Source of the DNA: Bacteroidales bacterium
GTDB lineage: Bacteria; Bacteroidota; Bacteroidia; Bacteroidales; CAIWKO01
Length of the DNA stretch: 40,284 nucleotides
Direction of reading: 5' to 3'
NCBI GenBank assembly: GCA_035389045.1
Contig: DAOORA010000037.1
Span: 1-40,284, forward strand
Shown: one piece after another, positions 26,490 to 37,441 of the stretch
Position numbering within the stretch: position 1 is the stretch's first letter
Layout: each line of letters begins with the position of its first letter
The notes under the pieces: model-generated
What the model was told of the DNA's origin: nothing
Seen by the model: only the letters and a program-made list of their open reading frames with translations
Databases searched by the model: none
Translations under genes and position numbers: made by a program

Positions 26490-27428
26490 ATGACCGAAGA
26501 ATTTGAAAAAACCAAAGTACTTATCATAGGCTCCGGGCCTGCAGGATACACCGCAGCTATTTATACAGCCCGTGCAGATCTGAAACCATTACTGTATCAG
26601 GGCATGCAGCCAGGAGGACAACTGACCATCACCACCGATGTTGAAAACTTTCCGGGATACCCCGAAGGGATTGGCGGATTTGAAATGATGGAAGACCTGC
26701 GCAAACAGGCAGAGCGTTTTGGCGCGGATATCCGCTGGGGAGAAATCACCAGCATTGACTTATCTGAAAGGCCATTCAAAGTCGTTGCCGATGGCACCAA
26801 AACGATACTGGCCGATGCGCTGATCATTGCGACAGGAGCTTCAGCCCGATGGCTGGGGCTTGAAACAGAAGAAAAATACAGAGGTTTCGGTGTGTCTGCC
26901 TGTGCTACCTGCGACGGTTTTTTTTACAAAGGCAAAGAGGTCGCAATTATCGGCGGAGGCGACAGCGCTGCAGAAGAAGCCACTTACCTGGCAAAACTCT
27001 GCAGCAAAGTATACATGATCCACAGGAGAACGGAGCTGAGAGCATCCAAAGCCATGCAAAACAAGGTGTTTGGCACTCCAAACATCGAAAGACTCTTCGG
27101 GTATGTTCCTGTTGAAATTACCGGAGAAAAAAATGTAGAAGGTCTTATCATTAAAAATGTGGATACCGGTGAACTGTTAAATCTTGCGATCAGCGGCCTT
27201 TTTGTTGCCATCGGACACAGCCCGAACTCAGCGCTCTTTAAAGGACAACTCGATATGGATGAAAGCGGCTATGTGATAACCGTACCAGGAACTACCCAGA
27301 CCAGTGTCAAAGGGGTTTTTGCAGCGGGTGATGTACAGGACAAGGTATACAGACAGGCTACCACAGCAGCAGGAAGCGGTTGTATGGCCGCTATCGAAGC
27401 GGAACGGTTTTTATCGTCACAGCACTGA
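26490..27428 (+). CDS. trxB: Thioredoxin-disulfide reductase
   Basis: IIGSGPAGYTAA, GGQLTITTDVENFPG, CATCDG, GGGDSAAEEA, FAAGDV. Confidence 0.98.
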   Translation: MTEEFEKTKVLIIGSGPAGYTAAIYTARADLKPLLYQGMQPGGQLTITTDVENFPGYPEGIGGFEMMEDLRKQAERFGADIRWGEITSIDLSERPFKVVADGTKTILADALIIATGASARWLGLETEEKYRGFGVSACATCDGFFYKGKEVAIIGGGDSAAEEATYLAKLCSKVYMIHRRTELRASKAMQNKVFGTPNIERLFGYVPVEITGEKNVEGLIIKNVDTGELLNLAISGLFVAIGHSPNSALFKGQLDMDESGYVITVPGTTQTSVKGVFAAGDVQDKVYRQATTAAGSGCMAAIEAERFLSSQH

Positions 27429-27439
27429 CCACGGATTTC

Positions 27440-29041
27440 CTAATTTTGTTTTTTTCCGGCAGCAAGCTGCTCAGCCTGCAGCAACGCATTATAAAGATTG
27501 GCAACGCCTCCGCTTACCGATAACTCATTGAAAGGTATTTTTATTTTTTTGTAGGAATCGGAAGGCTGCTGTACCATCTGATCCGTTTTTATGGCCGACT
27601 GCATGATGATATCTTTCACTTCCTTTGCACTCAGTTGGGGGTAATAGCTTCTGATCACAGCGGCAATGCCCGCCACAACAGGGCTTGCCATAGAGGTCCC
27701 GCTGGCTGTGCCATAGCGGTTACCCGGTTTTAAACCCCAGAGATCAACACCGGGCGCAAAAACATCCACCGTTTTTTTTCCGTAATTGGAAAAATCAGCC
27801 ACCAGGTCATCGTTCAGGCTCATTGCGCTTGCACCGACCGTGAGCCAGTTGGATGTCAGTATTGTACCATCAGCGCTTTTATTTGCAGGATAATTATCAA
27901 CCACGTCGTTATCCTCGGAATCATTACCTGCCGCATGAACAAGCAACACATCATATTTATCGGCAAGCGGCAATACATCATCCACGAATTTCTTCTGCGG
28001 GGAAAATGCTTTCCCGAAACTCATGTTGATGACCTTTGCACCATTCTCAATGGCATAGCGGATTCCATTGGCAACATCCTTGTCGCGTTCATCACCGTCG
28101 GGCACCACACGGACGACCATCAGCTGCACATTTGCTGCAATACCATCGGCTCCAAGACGGTTATTACGGACAGCACCTATCTCCCCTGCCACAAAAGTAC
28201 CGTGACCAGGGTCAGGGCCAATAACATCATTATTACCATAGATACGGTTACTGTTATCCTTGTAATCGTCGCCAACTATCGACCTGGAATCAAAATCGAG
28301 GTTATAATGATAATTGAGTTCACTGTTGACCTGATCAGCATAACCGGTCAGATCCTCCGCTTTAATACCAAACATGAGCCATACCATAAGTTTCTCAGCG
28401 CTTTCAGCAACGTCAGCAGGAGCTTTGTCCAATTTTTTCAGGTCTTTCATGGTATATTCCGGTTTGTTGAGATAGGCCTTTACAAGACTATCGGCATGTT
28501 TTAATTCCATGCCCGATTGCACCATTCCGGACTCTCCGGCAGATTCATCAAGTTTTTTCTGATACACTTCTTTCACTTTTTTATAAAGCCGGAATTCATC
28601 GGTATTGCCGACCTTATTTGAATCTGCATCCTTATATTTAGCATCAAGTTCTCTGTACAGCCTTGTCACTTCCAGGTTATCCTGCTTCACATTCTCTCCT
28701 TTCGGATTACCGATAAAGTTCCAGCCATGTATGTCGTCAATATACCCGTTTTTATCATCATCAATGCCATTGCCGGGAATTTCATCCGGATTGGTCCATA
28801 TGTTTCCTTTAAGATCCTCATGATTTATATCTGTTCCGCCATCAATAACAGCTACAACCACCGGACGGGACACCTTGTTCTTCAGCAATTCTTTGTAAGA
28901 CTTTTCGGTGCTTACACCAAACATTTTATCCGACTTCAGGTCCTTATTGTACCAGTTGATCAGTTTTTTCTCTTCTTTGCTCTGCCCAAAAACAGTGGTG
29001 AAAACAAATAACAACAATGTTAAAGTGAGTATTTTCTTCAT
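27440..29041 (-). CDS. Secreted S8 (subtilisin-like) serine peptidase
   Basis: Catalytic triad motifs VAVIDGG, GHGTFVAG, GTSMASP and oxyanion AAGN. Signal peptide from ATG 29041; the ORF track gives 29083. Confidence 0.93.
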   Translation of the reverse strand: MKKILTLTLLLFVFTTVFGQSKEEKKLINWYNKDLKSDKMFGVSTEKSYKELLKNKVSRPVVVAVIDGGTDINHEDLKGNIWTNPDEIPGNGIDDDKNGYIDDIHGWNFIGNPKGENVKQDNLEVTRLYRELDAKYKDADSNKVGNTDEFRLYKKVKEVYQKKLDESAGESGMVQSGMELKHADSLVKAYLNKPEYTMKDLKKLDKAPADVAESAEKLMVWLMFGIKAEDLTGYADQVNSELNYHYNLDFDSRSIVGDDYKDNSNRIYGNNDVIGPDPGHGTFVAGEIGAVRNNRLGADGIAANVQLMVVRVVPDGDERDKDVANGIRYAIENGAKVINMSFGKAFSPQKKFVDDVLPLADKYDVLLVHAAGNDSEDNDVVDNYPANKSADGTILTSNWLTVGASAMSLNDDLVADFSNYGKKTVDVFAPGVDLWGLKPGNRYGTASGTSMASPVVAGIAAVIRSYYPQLSAKEVKDIIMQSAIKTDQMVQQPSDSYKKIKIPFNELSVSGGVANLYNALLQAEQLAAGKKQN

Positions 29042-29269
29042 ATTGATATGTTTTACAAACATAAAACTAAATTTTGGGTACAATATTATACAATTTGAAC
29101 ATCAAATTGAACAAATTTGCAAAATTCTTACCCGGGCTATTTTCAACAATAGATTACATTTATATATGCCTGATATTATCCATTGAAAGCTCATGGCCTA
29201 AATCACCTGATTGTTATTTATAACCACTTCAAAACATTATATTTAAGTAAGAACCGGTAGTCGTGAAAA

Positions 29270-32200
29270 TCAATGAATCATTTTCATTATCAGACATTTA
29301 TTATTCTCTTTACCCTCAAAATCAAACTTGAAAGTATATATACCTGATGTACAATTCGCCGGTGAAAAAACACAAGCATGTTTTCCGCTTAATTGTGGCT
29401 CGTTGATTATTTCCTGCACCAATGCACCAGTTGCATTATAAACTTTCAAATGAACGGTTCCGTTTTCCGGAGTACGATAGGTCAACGTTACATCACCTTT
29501 AAACGGATTTGGATACCCGGTAAATTCAAACCCCGGATCCGGGTTGTTGCCCTGTACAAAAACTTTTGGGATGAACAGGCAGGCGTCCTCATTTTCTTCT
29601 CCGTACCGGTTTCCAATCACACCAGTTCCTGAAAGGGAAAAGTCAACTTCACCGTGAGCAAGCCTCCGTAACGGACGAAAACCCAGCCTGATGATTTCAT
29701 CATTGGTAGCCACATCAAAATGATCTGTTGTTGCAAAAACCACTCTGATAACTCCGTTTTCATCCGTCACCAGGAGGTCGTCATCCGCACTTAAGATTTC
29801 TTCTAAGGTGGGATTAATCCTGACATTTTGCTCCTTGTTAGGTGTTCCGGGCATAGTAACACTCACCAGCTGGTATGCATCAGCAGGATAATTCAGTTCC
29901 AAACCGAGCGCTGAAAACTCATTCACTTTGGTACTGATATGTAAAGGCACTTCGAAAAAGTTCCGGTCGCTGGTTACCAGATAATCATCACCAACAGCAA
30001 TGATATTTTCCGGAACAGATTTAAGCATACTCCAGTTTACTGCAGAATCGCGGTACTTAGTGCCCGATGCATTAAAATCCCCGTAACAGATTGTTTTCAG
30101 GTTGACCGGCAGGTCAGATCCTGCCACAGTAACCATAGTGTCCAGAGCCACCCAATTCCCTTTCGGAAAGTTTTTGAGGCTGTTATTGGGTGAACCTATC
30201 TTGGCTTTGATTCTTGAAACGTCTATGGCATTGATCGAGGCATTATTATCTACATTAACCGCTTTTTTATATGTTGCAGCAAAGTTTCTGGATGGGTCTG
30301 CAAGCGTATCCACGCCCATATAATATTTCAATAAGGTTACATCAATAGCGTCCATGCCGTTGCCCGACTGCATAGTATCCGGAGTGTATTTATCATATGA
30401 CAGTATATAGTTGCCATCGGGCATGCCGCAAAAACGGTAATTTCCATCGATATCACTGGTATCCCTGGCCAGTTCCGTTCCGGAAGGAAAACTTTTCAGA
30501 ATAACGATTACATTATCAATAGTGTATTTGATTGCATTATATGTTGGAGGATTGGGAGCCGGAACGCCGTTGTTTGCCTTGGCGGCATACTTTGTTTTAC
30601 CACTGATGGAATGAAGCAGATCATCCATGGCAACAAGCACGGTATCGGAAGCCGGGCAGCCGTTATTGTTGATACGCAATACATAGGTGGTGCTTACTGT
30701 TGGTGAAGCCAGTGGCTGGGAAATGCTTGTATCGTTCAATCCTGATGATGGCGACCAGGCGATGGTTCCCGGACCGTTTGCCGGATCACCGATAAGCACA
30801 GGGGTGCAGGAATAAACTGCATCTGCACCGGCATTGACATAAGGAAGCTGATAAATAGTAACTGAACGGGTGACCTCCGGTGTTGTGAAGCCGCACTCAT
30901 AAGCAAATACCCGGATATCGAGTGAACCATAAAAACCATCAGTCCATGTCATCACACCCGACAGCGAATCAATACTACCGGCAGCCGGGTTACTGACTGA
31001 CCAGTGAAAACCCGAATAGTTGGCGCCTGAGGTAAAATAGGTGGTTGTGAGGCTGTCGCCGGCCACCTGACAGACAGGCTCAATGCCCGCAGAAACAGAT
31101 ATGGGGGCCGGCGTGCTTACCACAATATTTACGGCAACATTAAAACTGACTTCATCAAAATTACCGGCTTCGTCCTCCACTTTTATGGTAACTATATTAG
31201 ATGTCCCGGAAGTTAATGTGCCCGCCACAGGGACCTGTGTAATGACCAAATCTCCGGAACAATTATCTGTGGCAACAACCGATGATGTATAATCGGGCAG
31301 TACCGCGGCACAACCCTGGCCGGTAATTACACTGGTATCATGAAATGACGTAACAATAACAGGAGGCACAATATCCAGGCCTATGCCTGTAATGGTAAAA
31401 TTATAAGGATTTTCATCAGTATCATTATTTGCAATACTTATGGAACCTGAATTGGTATCACAGGCACCCGGTGTAAAAATCACCTGAAACGTTGTTGAAT
31501 CGCCCGCTCCGACAGTAGAATCAGCATCTGTGAGCAGTAAAAATCCACTGCCGGTGACAGATACAACAGGAGTACCGGTCAATTCAAGGGTAGTATTACC
31601 AATATTTTCTATGGTAAAGGTCACGGTATCGCCGGTTTCCCCAACATTGACCGAACCAAAATCAAATACACCACCATCAGGGATATCAGTTGCCTGCCGG
31701 ACATTTATTTCTTTATCCTGTAAAACAGGCAAAAAATCCTGATCCGGAATATCATTGGCCACATTAGAGTAATCACGGTTTATTGGTACAAAAATATAAT
31801 CCTGCATGGCCGGCGTAAGCGTTCCGCTCCAGCCGTACGGAATGATAATCGAATAGTCACCATTCACGCCCGAAGTAACTGTTTGAGCTATGGAATCAAA
31901 ATAATGCAATGTGACGCCTGCAATGCCCGTATTTCCCGAAATCATATAATACAAATTTGTACTGTGTGCCTTTGTGTAGCCGGTTTTTTCGTATAATCTG
32001 ATACTATCGCAAATTTTATATGCATATATATTCACATAATACTCTTTGTTAACGCTGAGGCCGCTCACCCAGACATGAGGAGTGACTGAGGCGCCCTCGT
32101 AGATACATTGCTGTCCCCCGGCATATAACGTATCGGCGGATGGTACAAGGCCGTCGTCAGGCGCTATAAAATAATTGGTATCGTTGATATACATAACATA

Positions 32201-33613
32201 ACCATCAGCGCCGGTCGCAGACCCTGAAAATGAATTTATCATGAAACCGGTGGCGGTGGTAGCGCCAAACGACAAATTGGATGCCGGAACTGAAGGCGAT
32301 CCGCATTTATAGAAAATATAGGCTGCGCCGGCATTGGTTTTGGCATTTCCCCCATTGGCGTCATAATCCTGAAGACAAGCGCCGGCAATTATATAATTGT
32401 TTTTCGCTGTAATGGATCCGCCAAAATTGTCATCCTGCATACGGTCAGCAGCCACCACTTTCTGTATCTGTTGCCAGGAGGCTGAATCCTTTTTGAAGAT
32501 ATACATAGCGCCGGCATCAATCTTCTGATTAGCGCCATTGGCATCAAAATTCTGCAATGAAGCTCCTGAATAAATATAATCCCCGGAAATGGCTACAACT
32601 ACTCCGAAATAATCGCTGCCCATCCTGTCGGCAGCAACAATTTTTTGCTGAAAAGTCCAGACGTTTGAGATATTCTTATAAATGTATGCAGAACCTGCGC
32701 CGGCCAGTGTGTTACCCCCCCCGGCATCTTCATCTTCTGCGGGCGCCCCGGCCACTGCATAATCACCATACATAGAAACGCTATAACCAAAGGCATCATT
32801 AGCAGCAATATCGGGTGAATAAATTTTCTGCAACTGTGCCCACATACCGCCAAGATTATAAAACATATAAACAGCCCCGGTATGTAATGCCCCGGGAACC
32901 CAAGCTCCCACAATCAGCCAGTTGCCATACATACTTAATGAACCTCCGAAGTATTCTGCCTGTACCCTGTTGATAGCTGTCACCTGCTCAACAAAGGTCC
33001 ATACGCCATTGATATTTTTATAACTATAAAAAGATCCGGTAGCTATTTTGTAATTGGCGCCATTTCTATCATGCGACTGATAAGGACATCCGATAAGTAA
33101 ATAATCACCGTAAGTAGTAAGCGACCAGCCAAAGCGGTCTCCCGCCTGTTTGTCAGGCGCTGTGATTTTCTGCACAAAAACCCAGGTACCATTCTGATTA
33201 TCAAAAACATAAACAGCGCCGGCATTCCCAACACCGGACACAGATTCCATGTTAGCGCTCACAAAGGCATAATGGTCCGTAATAGCCAAACCAAACCCGA
33301 AATTATAGCCGGATCCCCTGTCGGGAGGAACAATTTTCTGAACCTGCTGCCAGTTACCATTAACGTTTCTCAATATATATGCAGCCCCTGCATCAGTAAC
33401 CGGTGAACCGCCGTTAGCATCCACATCATTGCCTGTAGCGCCCACAATGGCATACTCATCGGACATAGCCATGGTATAGCGGCTATAAACATCTGAAGCT
33501 GTCCTGTCGGATGCACAAACCTTTACAATCTGGTTCCAGTCTTGTGCAATTAAATCATTTATACTAATAATGACAATGGCAAATGCCATCCATATTAATT
33601 TATATTTTTTCAT
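29270..33613 (-). CDS. T9SS-secreted FG-GAP beta-propeller protein with Ig-like/HYR and dockerin-like/cohesin-like tail
   Basis: About seven FGxxV..GA/AGAxYIF repeats, FTIENIG..L (choice-of-anchor D-like), DNCS (HYR-like), twin AID motifs, YPNPF CTD. Start at MKKYKL (33613); the ORF track gives 33697. Confidence 0.88.
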   Translation of the reverse strand: MKKYKLIWMAFAIVIISINDLIAQDWNQIVKVCASDRTASDVYSRYTMAMSDEYAIVGATGNDVDANGGSPVTDAGAAYILRNVNGNWQQVQKIVPPDRGSGYNFGFGLAITDHYAFVSANMESVSGVGNAGAVYVFDNQNGTWVFVQKITAPDKQAGDRFGWSLTTYGDYLLIGCPYQSHDRNGANYKIATGSFYSYKNINGVWTFVEQVTAINRVQAEYFGGSLSMYGNWLIVGAWVPGALHTGAVYMFYNLGGMWAQLQKIYSPDIAANDAFGYSVSMYGDYAVAGAPAEDEDAGGGNTLAGAGSAYIYKNISNVWTFQQKIVAADRMGSDYFGVVVAISGDYIYSGASLQNFDANGANQKIDAGAMYIFKKDSASWQQIQKVVAADRMQDDNFGGSITAKNNYIIAGACLQDYDANGGNAKTNAGAAYIFYKCGSPSVPASNLSFGATTATGFMINSFSGSATGADGYVMYINDTNYFIAPDDGLVPSADTLYAGGQQCIYEGASVTPHVWVSGLSVNKEYYVNIYAYKICDSIRLYEKTGYTKAHSTNLYYMISGNTGIAGVTLHYFDSIAQTVTSGVNGDYSIIIPYGWSGTLTPAMQDYIFVPINRDYSNVANDIPDQDFLPVLQDKEINVRQATDIPDGGVFDFGSVNVGETGDTVTFTIENIGNTTLELTGTPVVSVTGSGFLLLTDADSTVGAGDSTTFQVIFTPGACDTNSGSISIANNDTDENPYNFTITGIGLDIVPPVIVTSFHDTSVITGQGCAAVLPDYTSSVVATDNCSGDLVITQVPVAGTLTSGTSNIVTIKVEDEAGNFDEVSFNVAVNIVVSTPAPISVSAGIEPVCQVAGDSLTTTYFTSGANYSGFHWSVSNPAAGSIDSLSGVMTWTDGFYGSLDIRVFAYECGFTTPEVTRSVTIYQLPYVNAGADAVYSCTPVLIGDPANGPGTIAWSPSSGLNDTSISQPLASPTVSTTYVLRINNNGCPASDTVLVAMDDLLHSISGKTKYAAKANNGVPAPNPPTYNAIKYTIDNVIVILKSFPSGTELARDTSDIDGNYRFCGMPDGNYILSYDKYTPDTMQSGNGMDAIDVTLLKYYMGVDTLADPSRNFAATYKKAVNVDNNASINAIDVSRIKAKIGSPNNSLKNFPKGNWVALDTMVTVAGSDLPVNLKTICYGDFNASGTKYRDSAVNWSMLKSVPENIIAVGDDYLVTSDRNFFEVPLHISTKVNEFSALGLELNYPADAYQLVSVTMPGTPNKEQNVRINPTLEEILSADDDLLVTDENGVIRVVFATTDHFDVATNDEIIRLGFRPLRRLAHGEVDFSLSGTGVIGNRYGEENEDACLFIPKVFVQGNNPDPGFEFTGYPNPFKGDVTLTYRTPENGTVHLKVYNATGALVQEIINEPQLSGKHACVFSPANCTSGIYTFKFDFEGKENNKCLIMKMIH

Positions 33614-33720
33614 ATGTTGATTTTTAAAGTTTGTAATAATACTTAATCGTTTCAGTCGATCAAAACGGTATAATGCTAAAATCAAAACCATTTGCATTTT
33701 TTTATGATTTACATTATTCG

Positions 33721-34350
33721 CTATTGATTATTCTTAAAAACCTTGTTCAAAGCATCAGTTCTTGAATTCACCTGAAGTTTGTCGTAAATGTTGCGGATGT
33801 GCGTTCTAACTGTTTCAACGCTTATAAAAAGTTTGCCGGCAATTTCTTTATACCGGAAGCCTTTGGCGAGCAAGTCAAGAATTTCACGCTCGCGCTGAGA
33901 TAATACATTAATTTCACTGGAAACCATATGCTTTATACTGAATTGTTCGATAACCCTCCGGGCTATCTGGGGCGACATTGGAGATCCCCCTGCATGGATT
34001 TCAACAATGCCCGAAATGATCTTTTCGGGAAGCGAGTTTTTAAGCAGGTATCCGGTTGCGCCTGCACACAGCGACTGAAACACGGATTCGTCATCATCAA
34101 AAATGGTAAACATCACAAACTGAATTTCAGGATATTTTTCCCTGGCTGCTTTAACACAGGAAATGCCGTTCATCCCCGGCAGTTCAATGTCCATGACCAC
34201 AACATCCGGGTTCATTTTGTTTAAATCCTGCATGAATTCTTCGGCATTGGAAAAACCTTTCAGCAAGCTGCAATCAGCCGATTTTTCTATGATGCCCTCA
34301 ATCGTTTTTCGTAGTTCGTTATCGTCTTCTACAATGCAAACATTTATCAT
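33721..34350 (-). CDS. NarL/LuxR-family response regulator
   Basis: IVEDD, VVMDIELPGMNG, GYLLK receiver motifs; LSQREREIL..GFRYKEIA..TVRTHIRNIYDKLQV HTH. Confidence 0.96.
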   Translation of the reverse strand: MINVCIVEDDNELRKTIEGIIEKSADCSLLKGFSNAEEFMQDLNKMNPDVVVMDIELPGMNGISCVKAAREKYPEIQFVMFTIFDDDESVFQSLCAGATGYLLKNSLPEKIISGIVEIHAGGSPMSPQIARRVIEQFSIKHMVSSEINVLSQREREILDLLAKGFRYKEIAGKLFISVETVRTHIRNIYDKLQVNSRTDALNKVFKNNQ

Positions 34351-34397
34351 AGTGCGTTTTTTTTAACAAATGTATATGAATATGCAGCGGTTCGCAA

Positions 34398-34413
34398 TAC
34401 CACAATAGTAGTA
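34398..34413. promoter_or_regulatory. Candidate 7-2-7 NarL-type operator upstream of the response regulator
   Basis: TACCACA-AT-AGTAGTA (second arm reads TACTACT on the minus strand), upstream of a TACATTTG -7 element at 34367-34374. Confidence 0.4.
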
Positions 34414-34426
34414 ATTTGCAAAACTG

Positions 34427-37400
34427 CTAAAGAGGAATGTCTAATAACACGGCAGTCCCGTTTCCCGGCACTGATTCGATTTCAAGTTTTCCCTGACAGG
34501 CATGGGCGCGCTTCGCCATATTACCAAGCCCGTTGGAGAAAGAGCCTATATTCGTCTTGTCGAAGCCCTTCCCATTGTCCTTAACTTTAAGGGAAACATG
34601 CTGTGGTGTCACTTCAATTTCAATAGTGCACGCAGTTGCAGATGAGTGTTTAATAATATTATGCGCAGCTTCTTTTAAGATCAGAAAGAAACTCTGTCTT
34701 TTCAAAGGAGATATGGGACTATCGTTTACATTATCCGGGAAATCAAGAATGCAATCTATTCCGGAATTTTCAAACAAATCATTGCAATAAATACGCGAAT
34801 AGGCCATCAGGGCAGCTAGATTATCGTACCTGGGATTGGTCGACCAGATGATTTCCCTGAAGTCATCGATAACCCTGCGGGATAAACCCGAAATCTGATT
34901 CAGTTTATTCAGCGAACTGATATTTCCATCGATTTCGGCTTTCAGCGACTCACTCAGTAGTGCAATTTTCGACAGAGAAGCTCCTGTGCCATCATGAATA
35001 TCTTTTGATAATGTGGTCCGGATTTTTTCAATTTCCTGCAGCCTGGCCAATTCATTGATTTTTTTCCGGTATTTCTGGTACATAATAAACCTGATTACAG
35101 CCGCCAGTATTCCTGTTCCCAAAATCAAAGCCAAGGTCAGAAACCACCATGTTCTCCAGATTGGCGGCTTTATGATAAAGTGAAATTCTGCGGGTTTTTC
35201 ATTCCATAGGCCATCATTGTTGCATGATTTCACCATAAAGGTGTATTCACCCGGTGGCAGGTTTGGATATTCTGCCTTTGTTTCTTCGGTTACCGGCGAC
35301 CAATCATTTTCAAGGCCTTCAAGCTTCCATTGATATCGTGTTGCATTGGGGTTGCTGAAACAAACGCCGCCGAACTCAAAGGTAAGATGATTCTGGTCAT
35401 AAGGTAAGCACAAATTGACGGGTAAACGAAACCAGTAACTAACAGAATCACAATAATTTATGTAATCCTCACTTTCCCAATTTATTTCTTTGTAAAATAG
35501 CTTGATACCTGTAATATATGTTTCCGGTGGTTTTGAATTCAATCTGACATCCCCGGGATTAAACTTAATTAATCCCTGCATAGTTGCAAACCATATGTTT
35601 CCGGCACTATCAATATTGATGTTCTGACCGCTTAGCATGTATGCGGAAAAACCATTCTTTTTACTGAACGATTTTATCGTAGCAATGCTCCCGTTATTTT
35701 TAAATGTAATTATATCAAAACCGTTGCTGAAACCGGCATAAAGTTTTTCTTTACCATCAGCAGCAAGAGCCAGGTAACGGTCGGACGAAAGTCCCTGTTT
35801 TGTTGAATATAAATGTGGCCCCGTTTCATCAATTTTTATTAGTCCTCCATAAACAGCTATCCATACTCTGTTCCATTTGTCTACGGTCATATCATCAGGG
35901 CTGAGGCAATTACCCGGATAATTGGTAAACGTAAATTGGCTGCCGTCGTATGTCATAAAGCCGGCATTCGTTGCAAACCAAATGTTATTGTTGGTATCAC
36001 GTACTATGAAATCAATGGTTCCGGTCTCTTTGCCATAATCATCCGTGCCAAAACATATAGTTTTCTTACCGTCGAACCGGATCAGGGTGTTATAATCATT
36101 AACAAACCAAATATTTGTCCCGTCGTTGAAGGCCACCCGTGGAATCATGTCTTTATCCAGCCCGAATTCCGAATTTATCTGCCGCCCTTCAAAATGCCCG
36201 GCATCAAACAGGCCATGATAGGTAAGCGCTATTGTTTTTCCTTCTCCTGTTTCAAAAAAGCCCATGGCTTCCCTGCCTTCAGGAGCATCATATACAATTA
36301 TTTTGGTGCCATCGAATCTGCATAGTTTGTCAATAGAAGTAGCAAACCAGATGTTTTCCTTAGAGTCTTTGAAATTAAAATATACTCTGGATGAATTTAA
36401 TCCATCCTTTTCGTTGATGGTGATGAACTTTTCACCCATGTACGCTACAGCCCCAAGTCCGCGGGTTGCCAGCCACAAATTATTTTCATTATCCTTTGTT
36501 ATATAAAAAACAAGGTTTATCGGCAACCCGTTCTTTTCATCGAACAAAAAAACACTGCCATCCCTGTTTACCCTCCAAATCCCGGTTTCGCTTGGTATCC
36601 AGATATTATGGTCGTCGTCTTCGCAAATTCCGGAAAAAAACCAATAGAAAATATTGCCAGGTAAATCAAGAAATTTGATCTTTTTATTTTTATATGAAAA
36701 AATACTGTATTGATGTGATGACGGTTCGTACGTTGAAAAATATGAAGTAGAATCAGAGGCTCCATAAATGAAATTCAGCCATTTACCGGCAAGAGCAGAG
36801 TCTTTATATACGGTAGACTCAAAAAGCACAGTATCCGTAATCACATATAATTTATTTTGCGTATTCACCACAACATCACCTGCGGAATTTCTTACCACAG
36901 ACAACAGCATGGTTTCTGCAACATTTAAAAACGGATATGAATGTGAAATATCATGAAACCTGTCGCCCTCAAAATAAAGTAACTGCCTTCTATCGTCAGC
37001 ATTCCATAAGGCAATCCACAACCGTCCTTTATTATCAAGCGCTGTGGATGCCCACCGGCCGGGAAGTAAAATTCCGTCTTTCGAAGTGAAATTTGTGAAT
37101 TTTTTCCCATCGTAAATGCTGAAGCTGTTCAGGCTCAGTATCAGCAGCCGCCCATCAGGCAATTCAACAATGAGACCAACATCATTATCGCCCAATCCGT
37201 CTTTTTCGGTATAATTCTCAAAGGTCTTTCCATTGAAGCGGTATATCCCACCTCCCATGGATGCAAACCATAAATGCCCGCGCCTGTCCTGTATGATTTT
37301 TACAATATCATTCGAACTAAGCCCTTGCTCATAATTAAACACCTGGAAATGGTACTGCTGGGCAAACAGGTCTTTCATGAATACAATCAATAGTAATAAA

Positions 37401-37441
37401 ACAGAATATTTAAACAATTTTCTAATCACGTTCAATAACAT
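34427..37441 (-). CDS. Sensor histidine kinase with periplasmic beta-propellers, Y_Y_Y domain and HisKA_3/HATPase
   Basis: Repeated D..G.(L/I)W(F/I)A and GL motifs, YQWKLEGLE..YPNLPPGEYTF, TM after PPIWRTWWF, KDIHDG, KEAAHNIIKHS, DNGKGF, NGLGNM. Confidence 0.94.
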   Translation of the reverse strand: MLLNVIRKLFKYSVLLLLIVFMKDLFAQQYHFQVFNYEQGLSSNDIVKIIQDRRGHLWFASMGGGIYRFNGKTFENYTEKDGLGDNDVGLIVELPDGRLLILSLNSFSIYDGKKFTNFTSKDGILLPGRWASTALDNKGRLWIALWNADDRRQLLYFEGDRFHDISHSYPFLNVAETMLLSVVRNSAGDVVVNTQNKLYVITDTVLFESTVYKDSALAGKWLNFIYGASDSTSYFSTYEPSSHQYSIFSYKNKKIKFLDLPGNIFYWFFSGICEDDDHNIWIPSETGIWRVNRDGSVFLFDEKNGLPINLVFYITKDNENNLWLATRGLGAVAYMGEKFITINEKDGLNSSRVYFNFKDSKENIWFATSIDKLCRFDGTKIIVYDAPEGREAMGFFETGEGKTIALTYHGLFDAGHFEGRQINSEFGLDKDMIPRVAFNDGTNIWFVNDYNTLIRFDGKKTICFGTDDYGKETGTIDFIVRDTNNNIWFATNAGFMTYDGSQFTFTNYPGNCLSPDDMTVDKWNRVWIAVYGGLIKIDETGPHLYSTKQGLSSDRYLALAADGKEKLYAGFSNGFDIITFKNNGSIATIKSFSKKNGFSAYMLSGQNINIDSAGNIWFATMQGLIKFNPGDVRLNSKPPETYITGIKLFYKEINWESEDYINYCDSVSYWFRLPVNLCLPYDQNHLTFEFGGVCFSNPNATRYQWKLEGLENDWSPVTEETKAEYPNLPPGEYTFMVKSCNNDGLWNEKPAEFHFIIKPPIWRTWWFLTLALILGTGILAAVIRFIMYQKYRKKINELARLQEIEKIRTTLSKDIHDGTGASLSKIALLSESLKAEIDGNISSLNKLNQISGLSRRVIDDFREIIWSTNPRYDNLAALMAYSRIYCNDLFENSGIDCILDFPDNVNDSPISPLKRQSFFLILKEAAHNIIKHSSATACTIEIEVTPQHVSLKVKDNGKGFDKTNIGSFSNGLGNMAKRAHACQGKLEIESVPGNGTAVLLDIPL

